Assembly (NCBI GenBank): GCA_963809485.1
Contig: CAWEJX010000021.1
Coordinates: 50,894-114,893, forward strand
Direction of reading: 5' to 3'
Length of the DNA: 64,000 nt
Origin: an uncultured Acidobacteriota bacterium
Lineage (GTDB): Bacteria; Acidobacteriota; UBA6911
The translations under genes and the position numbers were made by a program. Below the pieces are notes generated by a model that was not told where the DNA came from, did no database searches, and saw nothing but the letters and a program-made list of their open reading frames with translations. Positions 9,943 through 17,842 of this stretch are shown here, one piece after another. The first letter of the stretch is position 1. The number at the start of each line of letters is the position of its first letter.

Positions 9943-10308
9943 GCTCAAAAAACCTGTTTCGCGACAGTCCTCCATGCGCCCGGGGCGCACCCAAGTGCAT
10001 GAAAATCGGCTTCGCCGACGCTCAGTTGGGTGAACGAATGGTGTAATTGATCCATCGCGGCCGCTATTTTCGGAGCAGAAACGAGCCAATAGCCGTAAAA
10101 CAGTGGCAGGGTGGACTTTAAACAGTCGTGCTGCATCCGCTGCCGTTTTGTTCCCTTTCAGAATCATTGGCCTAATTTCAGATTGCTGCTGATGGGTCAA
10201 CTTAAATCGTCGTCCACCTACGCGTCCTTCTCGACGCGCAGCCTCCAAACCCGCTTTCGTTCGTTCGCGTAGCATTGCCCGCTCAAATTCTGCAAATGCT
10301 CCAACCAT
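9904..10308 (-). pseudogene. serine recombinase (resolvase/invertase) C-terminal remnant
   Basis: Only the AEFERAMLRERTKAGLEAARREGRVGGRR...HTH (AADAARLFKVHPATVLRLL) part is present, at roughly 10078..10308. The catalytic N-terminal domain is missing, and the ORF tail runs into the adjacent repeat. Confidence 0.6.
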
Positions 10309-10567
10309 CTACATCATCATCCTTCCTGCCGGCGTCGTGGTATCGATCGCCTCCGTCAAACTGCGGAAACCTGCTTGCGCTGGACGAGTGGGAAAAAAGC
10401 GGAAACATATTTTCACAAAATTCCCTCCAGTTGAGGCGCGCAGGACTGAAACGGAAATATGGTGGAAATAGTTTTCCATTTATGAAGGACCTATCCTCAA
10501 CAATTCTGCAATTTAGGCGGGAAATCGGTTTGACCGACATTGAAAACGAAATCAAGGCAGGCGTCGC

Positions 10568-10652
10568 TAGTAAAGAATGCTTTACTTTTATCGCTTATTA
10601 GTAAAGAATCCTTTCCCAGTAAGTCAACCTTAGTAAAGTGACCTTTCCCAGG
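10568..10652 (+). promoter_or_regulatory. three direct ~21-bp repeats upstream of fic (iteron/operator-like)
   Basis: The units are tagtaaagaatgctttac (10568), tagtaaagaatcctttcccag (10599) and tagtaaagtgacctttcccag (10631), spaced 31-32 bp. The array ends 9 nt before the fic ATG, and the last unit overlaps the AGGAGG RBS. Confidence 0.5.
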
Positions 10653-10660
10653 AGGCCATT

Positions 10661-11830
10661 ATGGCAAGAGTCGTCGGGACCTATGAGCAAACCAGCACTG
10701 CGGGTGAAACTGTAAATGCCTTTGTGCCGGCGCCACTTCCTCCAGGCAATCCTCCCCTCGATATGAACGCTGAACTCTCGGGATTATTGCAGTGTGCTGA
10801 AGCGGGTATTTCCAGGTTGAAGGTTGCAGGGTCGATGGTCCCGTCTCTGGATTGGCTTCTCTATTCTTTTGTTCGCAAAGAAGCTGTGGTTTCTTCCCAG
10901 ATAGAGGGTACGCAATCAACCCTGGTGGACTTGCTTATGTACGAAGCCGCCGGGAAGGAAGACGCCATCGACGATGGCGATGTCATACAAGTCCGCAACT
11001 ACGTCGACGCTCTTCATTACGCGCGCAAGCAGATGCGCAGCAAAAATGGACTGCCATTGTCCATACGACTCCTCAATGAGGCTCATCGGCGTTTACTGAA
11101 GAACGTTCCCGGTACCGATAGGGCTCCGGGAGAAATCAGGCGGAGCCAGAACTGGCTCGGCGGGACTCGTCCTGGCAATGCAGTATTCGTACCCCCGCCC
11201 CCCTATTTGTTGGGCGGTTTACTCGGCTCTCTGGGAAAATATATCCACGGTGAAGATTCCCTGCATCCATTGGTTAGAGCAGGGCTGTCGCATGTACAAT
11301 TCGAAACGATACATCCTTATCTGGATGGGAACGGCCGCATCGGCAGGCTCCTGATTACATTGCTCCTGGAGCATTGGAGGATTTTGGATTCCCCCCTGCT
11401 CTATTTGAGTCTTTATTTCAAACGCCACCGTGCCGAGTATTACCGCCGGCTGGATGCCGTTCGGACCGATGGTGATTTTGAAGGCTGGGTGAAGTATTTC
11501 CTGGAAGGAGTGGCCGTCATCGCCGACGAAACCGTACTGACAACACAGAAGCTTTTTACCCGGATCGGTGCAGACCGGACCAAAGTACTTTCGGGTGGCT
11601 CTACCTCTGTGGCCGGCATTCGTCTGTTTGAGCTATTGCCCGCTCATCCGATTATCACCGTGGCCGGAGCTGTAAAGTTGCTGGGGACGACAAAGCCAAC
11701 TGCTACCAAAGCCGTAACAGGGCTCGTTGACGCTGGGGTCCTGGTTGAAACGACCGGCCGCCGTCGGGATCGCGCTTTCAGCTACGAGGATTATCTAAAC
11801 CTTCTGCGCGCCGAAACGGAACCGCTTTAA
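10661..11830 (+). CDS. Fic family protein (AMPylase-type Fic/DOC domain with C-terminal wHTH)
   Basis: Fic motif HPYLDGNGRIGRLL, an N-terminal inhibitory-type motif SSQIEGT, and a strong RBS. Confidence 0.9.
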   Translation: MARVVGTYEQTSTAGETVNAFVPAPLPPGNPPLDMNAELSGLLQCAEAGISRLKVAGSMVPSLDWLLYSFVRKEAVVSSQIEGTQSTLVDLLMYEAAGKEDAIDDGDVIQVRNYVDALHYARKQMRSKNGLPLSIRLLNEAHRRLLKNVPGTDRAPGEIRRSQNWLGGTRPGNAVFVPPPPYLLGGLLGSLGKYIHGEDSLHPLVRAGLSHVQFETIHPYLDGNGRIGRLLITLLLEHWRILDSPLLYLSLYFKRHRAEYYRRLDAVRTDGDFEGWVKYFLEGVAVIADETVLTTQKLFTRIGADRTKVLSGGSTSVAGIRLFELLPAHPIITVAGAVKLLGTTKPTATKAVTGLVDAGVLVETTGRRRDRAFSYEDYLNLLRAETEPL

Positions 11831-11890
11831 AGGCGAGTTCCAATGCAGGAATAAAAGCACACATTCCTGCCGCGCTTCCCCACGGGTCCT

Positions 11891-12334
11891 TTGATCCAAT
11901 TTGGAAGTACTCATTCAACTTCCGCTAATGTTACTGAAATCAGCAAACCCGATCTCATCACGATGAAAATATGCGCCTGGCGGGAAGCTGACAAAGAAGA
12001 TATCGAGGCGCTCGGAATTTCCAAGGAGGATCTGACGATTATCAATGCCAACCTGGCGCATGTCGAAAAACATAGCTCCGACCGGGCGCATAAAGCGCAC
12101 CTTGTTCTATCTGAACTGGGTGTCCAGGAATTGATAATTTTGAAGGCCGACGAAGTAATAAGCCTTGCCGAATTGATTCAGTACTATCGTCAGCATAAAA
12201 AGAAAGAAGCTTCCATTGAAGAAATTCGCAATTGGAAACAGGAAATCGAAAAAGGGATTAAGCCCTCTTCCTTAGCTCAATCCATTTTTGAAGGCAAACA
12301 AAAAGAGGATTCTTCAATTTATGGAGAAATTTAG
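11891..12334 (+). CDS. hypothetical protein (possibly a nucleotidyltransferase-like fragment)
   Basis: TTG-started 147-aa ORF. The segment DLITMKICAWREADKEDIEAL weakly recalls the C-terminal parts of MNT/AbiEii-type nucleotidyltransferases. Its stop lies 1 nt before the next ATG. Confidence 0.35.
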   Translation: MIQFGSTHSTSANVTEISKPDLITMKICAWREADKEDIEALGISKEDLTIINANLAHVEKHSSDRAHKAHLVLSELGVQELIILKADEVISLAELIQYYRQHKKKEASIEEIRNWKQEIEKGIKPSSLAQSIFEGKQKEDSSIYGEI

Positions 12335-12335
12335 C

Positions 12336-13043
12336 ATGAACAGCGAACCCTTATTTTCAATGTGGGCAAGGCTTGGGGTGAACTTCCCTGCCTTTAAGCC
12401 GACCAAAGAGGAACCGCTTGTCGAGGACCTCATTGCTCAGACATCGCTCATCGGGAGATATGAGCCCCGCCTCATCGAAGGTATGGCCGGATGGCTGCAG
12501 AAACATGGGGATTTGGTTAACACCTCTCTTATGCGGAGGCATATTGAGATCGGCGATTCCGCCGTGATCGGTTTGGTGTTCGATGCTATAACCGGTAAAG
12601 AGACCGCCAAGCTGAAGCAGCTTACAAAATATTGCCGCCCCAAAAAGAAAGCAGAAATGCTTTTCTTTGCGACGGAATCGTCCCCGACGATGAAAGCGCA
12701 GGCTGTCGAGCACGAAACCGAAATTAACCGGAAATGGAATCTGCTTTATGTGAGTTTGCGAGTTAAGACGGATGCTGTTTTCGACCGCAAAGTGGTTCTG
12801 AAGAGAAATCCAAACCTTGCCCGCAGATCTCTATTCGGAGTCGTAATGCGTACGGAGATCCTGAATTTTCTACTACAGAAAGGATCAAGTTTTCCGGCGG
12901 AAATATCAAAGGCACTGGGCTATCGATATCACAGGGTTATTTCCGACCCGTTTCGCGCAGAACACGCCTCCACATGTCCAGAGAGAATACCCCCATGGTC
13001 CAGTGATCGGTCTCAATCCGAAGGCGTCCGTGTTCGCGAATGA
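12336..13043 (+). CDS. hypothetical protein, possible wHTH near the C terminus; 3' end overlaps a convergent gene
   Basis: Starts MNSEPLFSMW one nt after the upstream stop. The last ~35 codons are antisense to methyltransferase 12937..13638, which suggests the native 3' end has been replaced. Confidence 0.4.
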   Translation: MNSEPLFSMWARLGVNFPAFKPTKEEPLVEDLIAQTSLIGRYEPRLIEGMAGWLQKHGDLVNTSLMRRHIEIGDSAVIGLVFDAITGKETAKLKQLTKYCRPKKKAEMLFFATESSPTMKAQAVEHETEINRKWNLLYVSLRVKTDAVFDRKVVLKRNPNLARRSLFGVVMRTEILNFLLQKGSSFPAEISKALGYRYHRVISDPFRAEHASTCPERIPPWSSDRSQSEGVRVRE

Positions 13044-13638
13044 GATACAGGATCGTCGTTTCGTACTGCTCATCCGTGGGGTCGGGGTCATACACGTTCT
13101 CGATGAAGACAACGTCCACTCCCTCCCGCGTGGCCGGGGTGGTGCTGGTCTTGTTTTGCTGGAACGTCTCGGTCGTCACGTCCGGAGTAGCAACCAGGAT
13201 GCCGCCAGGGTTCAGATGGGCGTGTGCGGTGCGGAACGCTGCCACAAAGTCTGTCCGGCACCTCATGTGTGAGATCGCGTCGTCCATGAGCACGGCATCA
13301 AAAGTCCTGCCGAGTCTGCACGTCCGCATATCGTCCTGGACAAACGTGCACTCGGGATTCAGTTCCTTCGCCTGCGCAAGCATGGCGGCACTTAGATCGA
13401 CACCGGTGACGTTGAACTGCCGCTTCAGGTTCAGGACGGTCTTCCCGCCCCCGCACCCTATGTCCAGCAATGTGGTTGCCGGGCGCCTGGCGTGCTGACG
13501 GATCAGACCCGTGACGTGTTGGCAGTAGTGCGCGTATTCAGTGGCGGCATTGCCCCACATAGGCCAAAGCCACGCCAAGTCCGTATAGAGCCGGCAGGTA
13601 TCTTGCATCTCTCTTCTCATGCCGAACGCCTGAGTCAT
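12937..13638 (-). CDS. class I SAM-dependent methyltransferase
   Basis: ORF 12937..13773. The plausible start is MTQAFGMRRE at 13638, because the upstream part of the ORF is repeat sequence. SAM motif LLDIGCGGG. Confidence 0.75.
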   Translation of the reverse strand: MTQAFGMRREMQDTCRLYTDLAWLWPMWGNAATEYAHYCQHVTGLIRQHARRPATTLLDIGCGGGKTVLNLKRQFNVTGVDLSAAMLAQAKELNPECTFVQDDMRTCRLGRTFDAVLMDDAISHMRCRTDFVAAFRTAHAHLNPGGILVATPDVTTETFQQNKTSTTPATREGVDVVFIENVYDPDPTDEQYETTILYLIREHGRLRIETDHWTMGVFSLDMWRRVLRETGRK

Positions 13639-13641
13639 GTG

Positions 13642-13831
13642 CCTCCGGCAAAGCCGAAAGCTTGAAAGATTTGAACCGCTCAAAGCGGTTGGACTAGTTA
13701 CGCCGGTCTTGAACGCTGACTTACGCCGACCCTCGCCCAACAAATCGGCGTTTGTCAGCGCTTTTATCAGCATTTCTCAGCGTTTCAAAACACGAAGCTG
13801 TCAAACTCTTTTGAGTCCCCCGGCAGAGCCG
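13642..13831 (+). repeat. ~200-bp multi-hairpin repeat family, copy A (short form, 10-nt internal deletion)
   Basis: Shares the following with the copies at 29958, 39156, 44499, 45707 (reverse) and 58143 (reverse): cctccggcaaagccg..ggaaccgctcaaagcggttgga..gaacgctgac..cgccgaacaaatcggcg..tgtcagcgcttttatcagcgtttctcagcgttt..ctgtcaaactctttgagtcccccggcagagccg. Confidence 0.85.
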
Positions 13832-13859
13832 TGGACGATCCGCCGGATGCGCCGACGCA

Positions 13860-14606
13860 TCACCGCGGCATCAGCGCGAACACACCCCAGCCCAGGTATT
13901 CACGCGTGTAAGCGGCGTAGCGCTCGGGTTCCGAGGTCAGTTTGGCTCGAACATCTTTCGCGAACTCGTCGCCGGGGTTGGCTTCAAGCCATCGGCGCAT
14001 GGTGAGCCATTTGGCCGCCTCGTATCTGTCCCAGCCGTCCTGGTCAGCCAAAACCATTTCAACGACGTCGTAGCCAAGGCGGCCGAAAGACGCGAGAAGC
14101 TCCGGAAGCATGAGATAGTCGGAGATTGAGTTGGCAAGACATCCCTTGGCAACCTCTTCCGTCGGCGGTAACTGCCGCCAGTAGGGCTCGCCGATGAGGA
14201 TGATCCCTCCTGGGCGCAGGCTCCGCGCCAGAAGCTCGATAGTGCCGGCGACTCCACCGGCGATCCAGGTGGCACCGACACAGGCTGCCACACTGACCTT
14301 CTCGTCAGAGACATAGCCGGCAGCATCGCCATGGATGAACTTGACTTGATCGGCGACGCCGAGTTCTACAGCACGGAGTTTCGCTTGCTCGGTGTACAAC
14401 TGGCTCATGTCGATGCCTGTGCCGATGACGCCGTGATCGCGTGCCCAGGTGCACAGCATCTCCCCCGAACCGCTGCCGAGGTCGAGCACTCGGGCTCCCG
14501 ATTCCAGACGCAGCGCCGCGCCGAGAGTGGCGAGCTTTTCGGGTGTGATCGGGTTGTGGATGCGGTGAGCACTCTCAGTGATGTTGAATATCCGCGGGAT
14601 GTCCAT
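13860..14606 (-). CDS. class I SAM-dependent methyltransferase
   Basis: ORF 13860..14720. The start MDIPRIFNI at 14606 has a GGAG RBS. SAM motif VLDLGSGSGE. Confidence 0.8.
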   Translation of the reverse strand: MDIPRIFNITESAHRIHNPITPEKLATLGAALRLESGARVLDLGSGSGEMLCTWARDHGVIGTGIDMSQLYTEQAKLRAVELGVADQVKFIHGDAAGYVSDEKVSVAACVGATWIAGGVAGTIELLARSLRPGGIILIGEPYWRQLPPTEEVAKGCLANSISDYLMLPELLASFGRLGYDVVEMVLADQDGWDRYEAAKWLTMRRWLEANPGDEFAKDVRAKLTSEPERYAAYTREYLGWGVFALMPR

Positions 14607-14642
14607 TGTGAAAAATCTCCTTACGGGTGTGAATAGATCCGG

Positions 14643-14697
14643 CCAGGTCCTAACCTGGATTATACAGAACTTGAGAAATAATTCGCTAGGTGAATAG
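14643..14697 (-). promoter_or_regulatory. conserved promoter/leader block, copy A (shared with 19183..19237)
   Basis: About 45 of 60 ungapped positions are identical (by eye) to the region upstream of the cupin gene. The block contains a TATAAT (complement of 14659..14664) and the small palindrome ccaggttaggacctgg. Confidence 0.5.
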
Positions 14698-15015
14698 CGC
14701 TGGTGTACCAGGAATCCCAATTGCCTGGATAGCCATTAATATTTGAATCACGCTCAACGATCTCAGCCACTGAAAGACCTCAAATAGGAGTAAAATGTTT
14801 TTGGTAATCCTCAAAGGCAGGGGGATCCGTGAAGTGAGTCACTATCGTTATCCAATCATCGAAGCTGAAGGCGAGCGCATGCGGAAGGCGTTCACCTATA
14901 GCAATTGGCACTTCAGGATCTGTTTGGCGTTGATGATCATTGGAGTATTTTGCATTATATCTTCTCATTCTCGGGCAGGTCTATTGTTCATGGCCGTATC
15001 GGTCTGCATCTATCT

Positions 15016-15645
15016 TTATCCCTTCCAGTGGAAGAATGCTTTGAAGAAGCCTTTGGGGAAATAGAGCTGGGGGGGCACGAATTCTACCCTGGAGTATCCG
15101 ATGTGCCCCATGCAAATTAGTTTTTTCAGCATTGGTGAGATCTCTGCAAACCACAGAGGCACGCCGTTGGAATCCAGTTCGATGCGAACGGTGTCCCCGC
15201 CCACCGCCGCCGTGTAGTAAGGATCCTGATCCATGATCGGACGAGTTGAGTCCAGCCTGGCGTGCGTGATAAGGACGTGATCCGTCTCAAACACAGCCGG
15301 CAGTTGTTCCAGGAAGCATGCCCAATGATCCCAGTCCTCCTTCGGCAGCAACGAGAGAGTTTGTTCCCGGCTCCAGGCCGGCTTGCTGGTGCCGCGAATT
15401 GTCCCGGCGACTCGCCGTTCATGATTTCCGAGCGCGCTGAAAGCATTTGGCAAATCGCGAAAGAAGGCAGCCGCTTTCCAGGAATCTGGGCCACGATCGA
15501 GAAAGTCCCCGACCGTGACTAATGCATCTCGCGCCCCAAAGTTGACAAGATGGCATAGTTCCTGGAACTCCACGTAGCAGCCGTGGATGTCTCCAACAAC
15601 AATCGCACGGTCAAATCCGCCGCATGCATGGCTATACGATTTCAT
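15016..15645 (-). CDS. metallophosphoesterase (PPP-family Ser/Thr phosphatase / ApaH-like)
   Basis: Motifs VVGDIHGC, GDFLDRGPDS and GNHE are present. It lies 43 bp downstream of the ATPase gene on the same strand. Confidence 0.8.
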   Translation of the reverse strand: MKSYSHACGGFDRAIVVGDIHGCYVEFQELCHLVNFGARDALVTVGDFLDRGPDSWKAAAFFRDLPNAFSALGNHERRVAGTIRGTSKPAWSREQTLSLLPKEDWDHWACFLEQLPAVFETDHVLITHARLDSTRPIMDQDPYYTAAVGGDTVRIELDSNGVPLWFAEISPMLKKLICMGHIGYSRVEFVPPQLYFPKGFFKAFFHWKG

Positions 15646-15688
15646 GAACTGAAATTAGTCCCATTTCCAAAAAGCAGAACGAAATCAA

Positions 15689-17020
15689 CTATTCGCTATA
15701 GACAAGAGAAGTAGGTGCGGAGAGCAAAAACTCCTCTAAGGTGACTCCGGTTACTTGCTTTGACCTGAACGGCGATCTGCAAATGACCGTTAGGTGGTCG
15801 CGCGGAAAAATCCTGGAAAACCAGCTGAAGTCCATTGGACTGGCTTTCCCCCTTTTGACTTCAATGAAATCTCTATCAGGAGTTACAAAATCAATCTCGT
15901 GCTCCTTCGAAGCCCAGAAACCTATTGCTTCCGGATTAGACCTCCCTCCAAGGACGCATCGTCGCCATATTTCCTGCGCCACCAGCCATTCCATAAAAAC
16001 TCCTTGTATGTCCGGTAAAAGGTCTTCGAATTCGTGAACATACCTCAGAGAGGACGGGTGAAACGCGATGGCAACTGCCAGGTTGATGAAATTGAACTTG
16101 CAGGGCTTCCGCATAAGTACGGTTCTCTTGTTGGTATCAATCGGCCATGAGGGCATGACCGATAAAAGATCGGAGAGCTGTTCGATGTATCCACTGGCTA
16201 CCGTGTTGTTGGCAAGCCCCCCATCGCGGGCGAGTTTCGCAAATCCGACGGTGTTACCGCCGTTGTTCATGATGACGTGCAACAACCGGATTAAAGACAG
16301 CCTTTTTCTTCCGGATGAAACGACTTCTCCCAAAACCCAGTCGCGCACGATCTGGATAAAATATTCAGGAAGCCGCTCAAATTGACATATGTCATTGCAG
16401 GCAACCGGGGAACCTCCGGTCAGCAGATATGCGATCCAGGATTTCTCTCCATGAATCTCTTGAGCATTCAAATTGAATTCCCTATAGGAGATTGGAAGGA
16501 AAATATATTCATTCTTTGACAATTTTCCTTTCCTGCCGGGAAGCTTCTCCGAGCCGTGGCGAAGATCGGACGCCGTTGAACCGGTCGTGATGATGAGGAC
16601 ATCCCTAAAAAGTCCCCGGTCGATCACCCGCTTTACGGCTTTTTCCCAGGCCGGTACGGCCGTTATCTCATCGATAAATAGTCGCTTGATTCCGACGTCT
16701 CTGGAATAGGAGGCATACAGGTTGGTCAATTCCAGATCCAGTTCATCCGCAGAGGCAATTTCGTCGCCATTTAAATAATAGGAAGAACCTTTCCCGAATT
16801 CCTCTGCCGACTGTCGCAGGTTCATGTCGAGCCACGTGCTCTTGCCGTATTGGCGTGGTCCACGGATGATGATAAGCCCCGGTTCTGTCGGAAGTTCGTT
16901 CAGCCCGAATTCGAAACGAAACTGATGAGCTTTGGATTCCAATTCAATGATCCGAGGCCACATGTCATCGCGATCGATGTTTCCTTGCGCCAGCAGCTGA
17001 TTGATTGTCTTAACGTCCAT
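15689..17020 (-). CDS. AAA-family ATPase with DUF4143-like C-terminal domain
   Basis: 443 aa with Walker A GPRQYGKST and Walker B-like LFIDEIT. The C-terminal HEIDFV...IEVKRGK segment is typical of AAA_14/DUF4143 proteins (from memory). Confidence 0.75.
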   Translation of the reverse strand: MDVKTINQLLAQGNIDRDDMWPRIIELESKAHQFRFEFGLNELPTEPGLIIIRGPRQYGKSTWLDMNLRQSAEEFGKGSSYYLNGDEIASADELDLELTNLYASYSRDVGIKRLFIDEITAVPAWEKAVKRVIDRGLFRDVLIITTGSTASDLRHGSEKLPGRKGKLSKNEYIFLPISYREFNLNAQEIHGEKSWIAYLLTGGSPVACNDICQFERLPEYFIQIVRDWVLGEVVSSGRKRLSLIRLLHVIMNNGGNTVGFAKLARDGGLANNTVASGYIEQLSDLLSVMPSWPIDTNKRTVLMRKPCKFNFINLAVAIAFHPSSLRYVHEFEDLLPDIQGVFMEWLVAQEIWRRCVLGGRSNPEAIGFWASKEHEIDFVTPDRDFIEVKRGKASPMDFSWFSRIFPRDHLTVICRSPFRSKQVTGVTLEEFLLSAPTSLVYSE

Positions 17021-17034
17021 AGCGTTAATATACC

Positions 17035-17051
17035 TAACGTTTCAAACGTTA
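17035..17051 (-). promoter_or_regulatory. palindromic operator-like site upstream of the ATPase gene
   Basis: taacgtttcaaacgtta lies 15 nt upstream of the ATG. The same palindrome is conserved upstream of the deleted paralog at 23138..23154. Confidence 0.45.
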
Positions 17052-17073
17052 GCAACTGGATATCCTTTTAGCC

Positions 17074-17655
17074 GTGCTTCATCGTATTTTTATCGTTTTC
17101 CGTTTCCCGAGGGCGGATCAGATTATCGGGATCAACATTCACGGTTTTTTCTCGAGCGTCCCGGAAGATCCTGATCTTTATTCAATGCGGTGCGACGGTT
17201 TGAGCACTCCGAGCGAAGTGATGAACTACGCGCCGCGCCCCGAGCAGCTTTCGACGCGCGACGAGGCCATCAAGGCGGCGCTGCATTATCCGGCTGGACT
17301 CAACGCCGCGAAGACTTTCGCCGACGTGAAGGCGCCCTTTACTGCGGATGCCTATCGTTACGAAAACGGCCAGGCGATGGCAGGTCCCGACTGCAAGTTC
17401 GCCCCCGGCTGCCAGAACATCTCGACGCAATCGCTCGCGATCTTCAATCGCCTCGGTGAGGTGCAAACGCGCGTCATCGCCGTCGATGAGCGCATGGGCA
17501 TCGTCTGGCTGCGCATGGCTTGGGGCGTGCGCGAGCGCGGCGGTGACCAGCTCATAGTGTGGGAGACATTCAAGCTCTACGACGGCAAAATCCACGCTGT
17601 GGAGGCGTTCATGAGAATACTGCCGGTGGACAAGCGCAACGGAGGGTGGGAGTAG
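17074..17655 (+). CDS. hypothetical protein, NTF2-like C terminus; possibly a 5'-truncated fragment
   Basis: GTG-started ORF. It is visibly more GC-rich than its neighbours. The C-terminal part (IVWLRMAWGV...LIVWETFKLYDGKIHAVEAF) looks NTF2/SnoaL-like. Confidence 0.35.
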   Translation: MLHRIFIVFRFPRADQIIGINIHGFFSSVPEDPDLYSMRCDGLSTPSEVMNYAPRPEQLSTRDEAIKAALHYPAGLNAAKTFADVKAPFTADAYRYENGQAMAGPDCKFAPGCQNISTQSLAIFNRLGEVQTRVIAVDERMGIVWLRMAWGVRERGGDQLIVWETFKLYDGKIHAVEAFMRILPVDKRNGGWE

Positions 17656-17842
17656 CAGTAATTTCTCAGATCGGGGGAGTTACTGGAATTTCATGTCTCC
17701 GGAAGTTCGGCTGTATGTCCAAGTGAAAACATCATTCTTATGTCCCGGGACGCCTCTCGGCAGTGTTATAATTTGCGCATGGATTCTCCAAATCTCAAGG
17801 CATATAAGAACTCACTCTTGTCCAAATTAGCTTTCGATTTCT

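Noticed and set aside
9567-10033. ORFs drawn across the 295-nt repeat (MRLVSRIEPL..., MAPSPGRGGKK..., MSGANPWFLW...) and their mirror images at 17795..18240.
   Set aside because: They overlap each other in different frames. They are translations of a palindromic noncoding element, and they have no start context.
13751-13790. Tandem tgtcagcgctt / ttatcagcgtt / tctcagcgttt units that might hint at a CRISPR or microsatellite.
   Set aside because: There are only three ~11-nt units with no spacers, and they are embedded identically in every copy of the 200-bp element. This is not a CRISPR array.
14795-15064. An 89-aa plus-strand ORF with a hydrophobic C-terminal half, between the methyltransferase and the phosphoesterase.
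   Set aside because: Its 3' end overlaps the convergent phosphoesterase gene by ~50 nt, and there is no RBS or family signal. The evidence is insufficient to call it.
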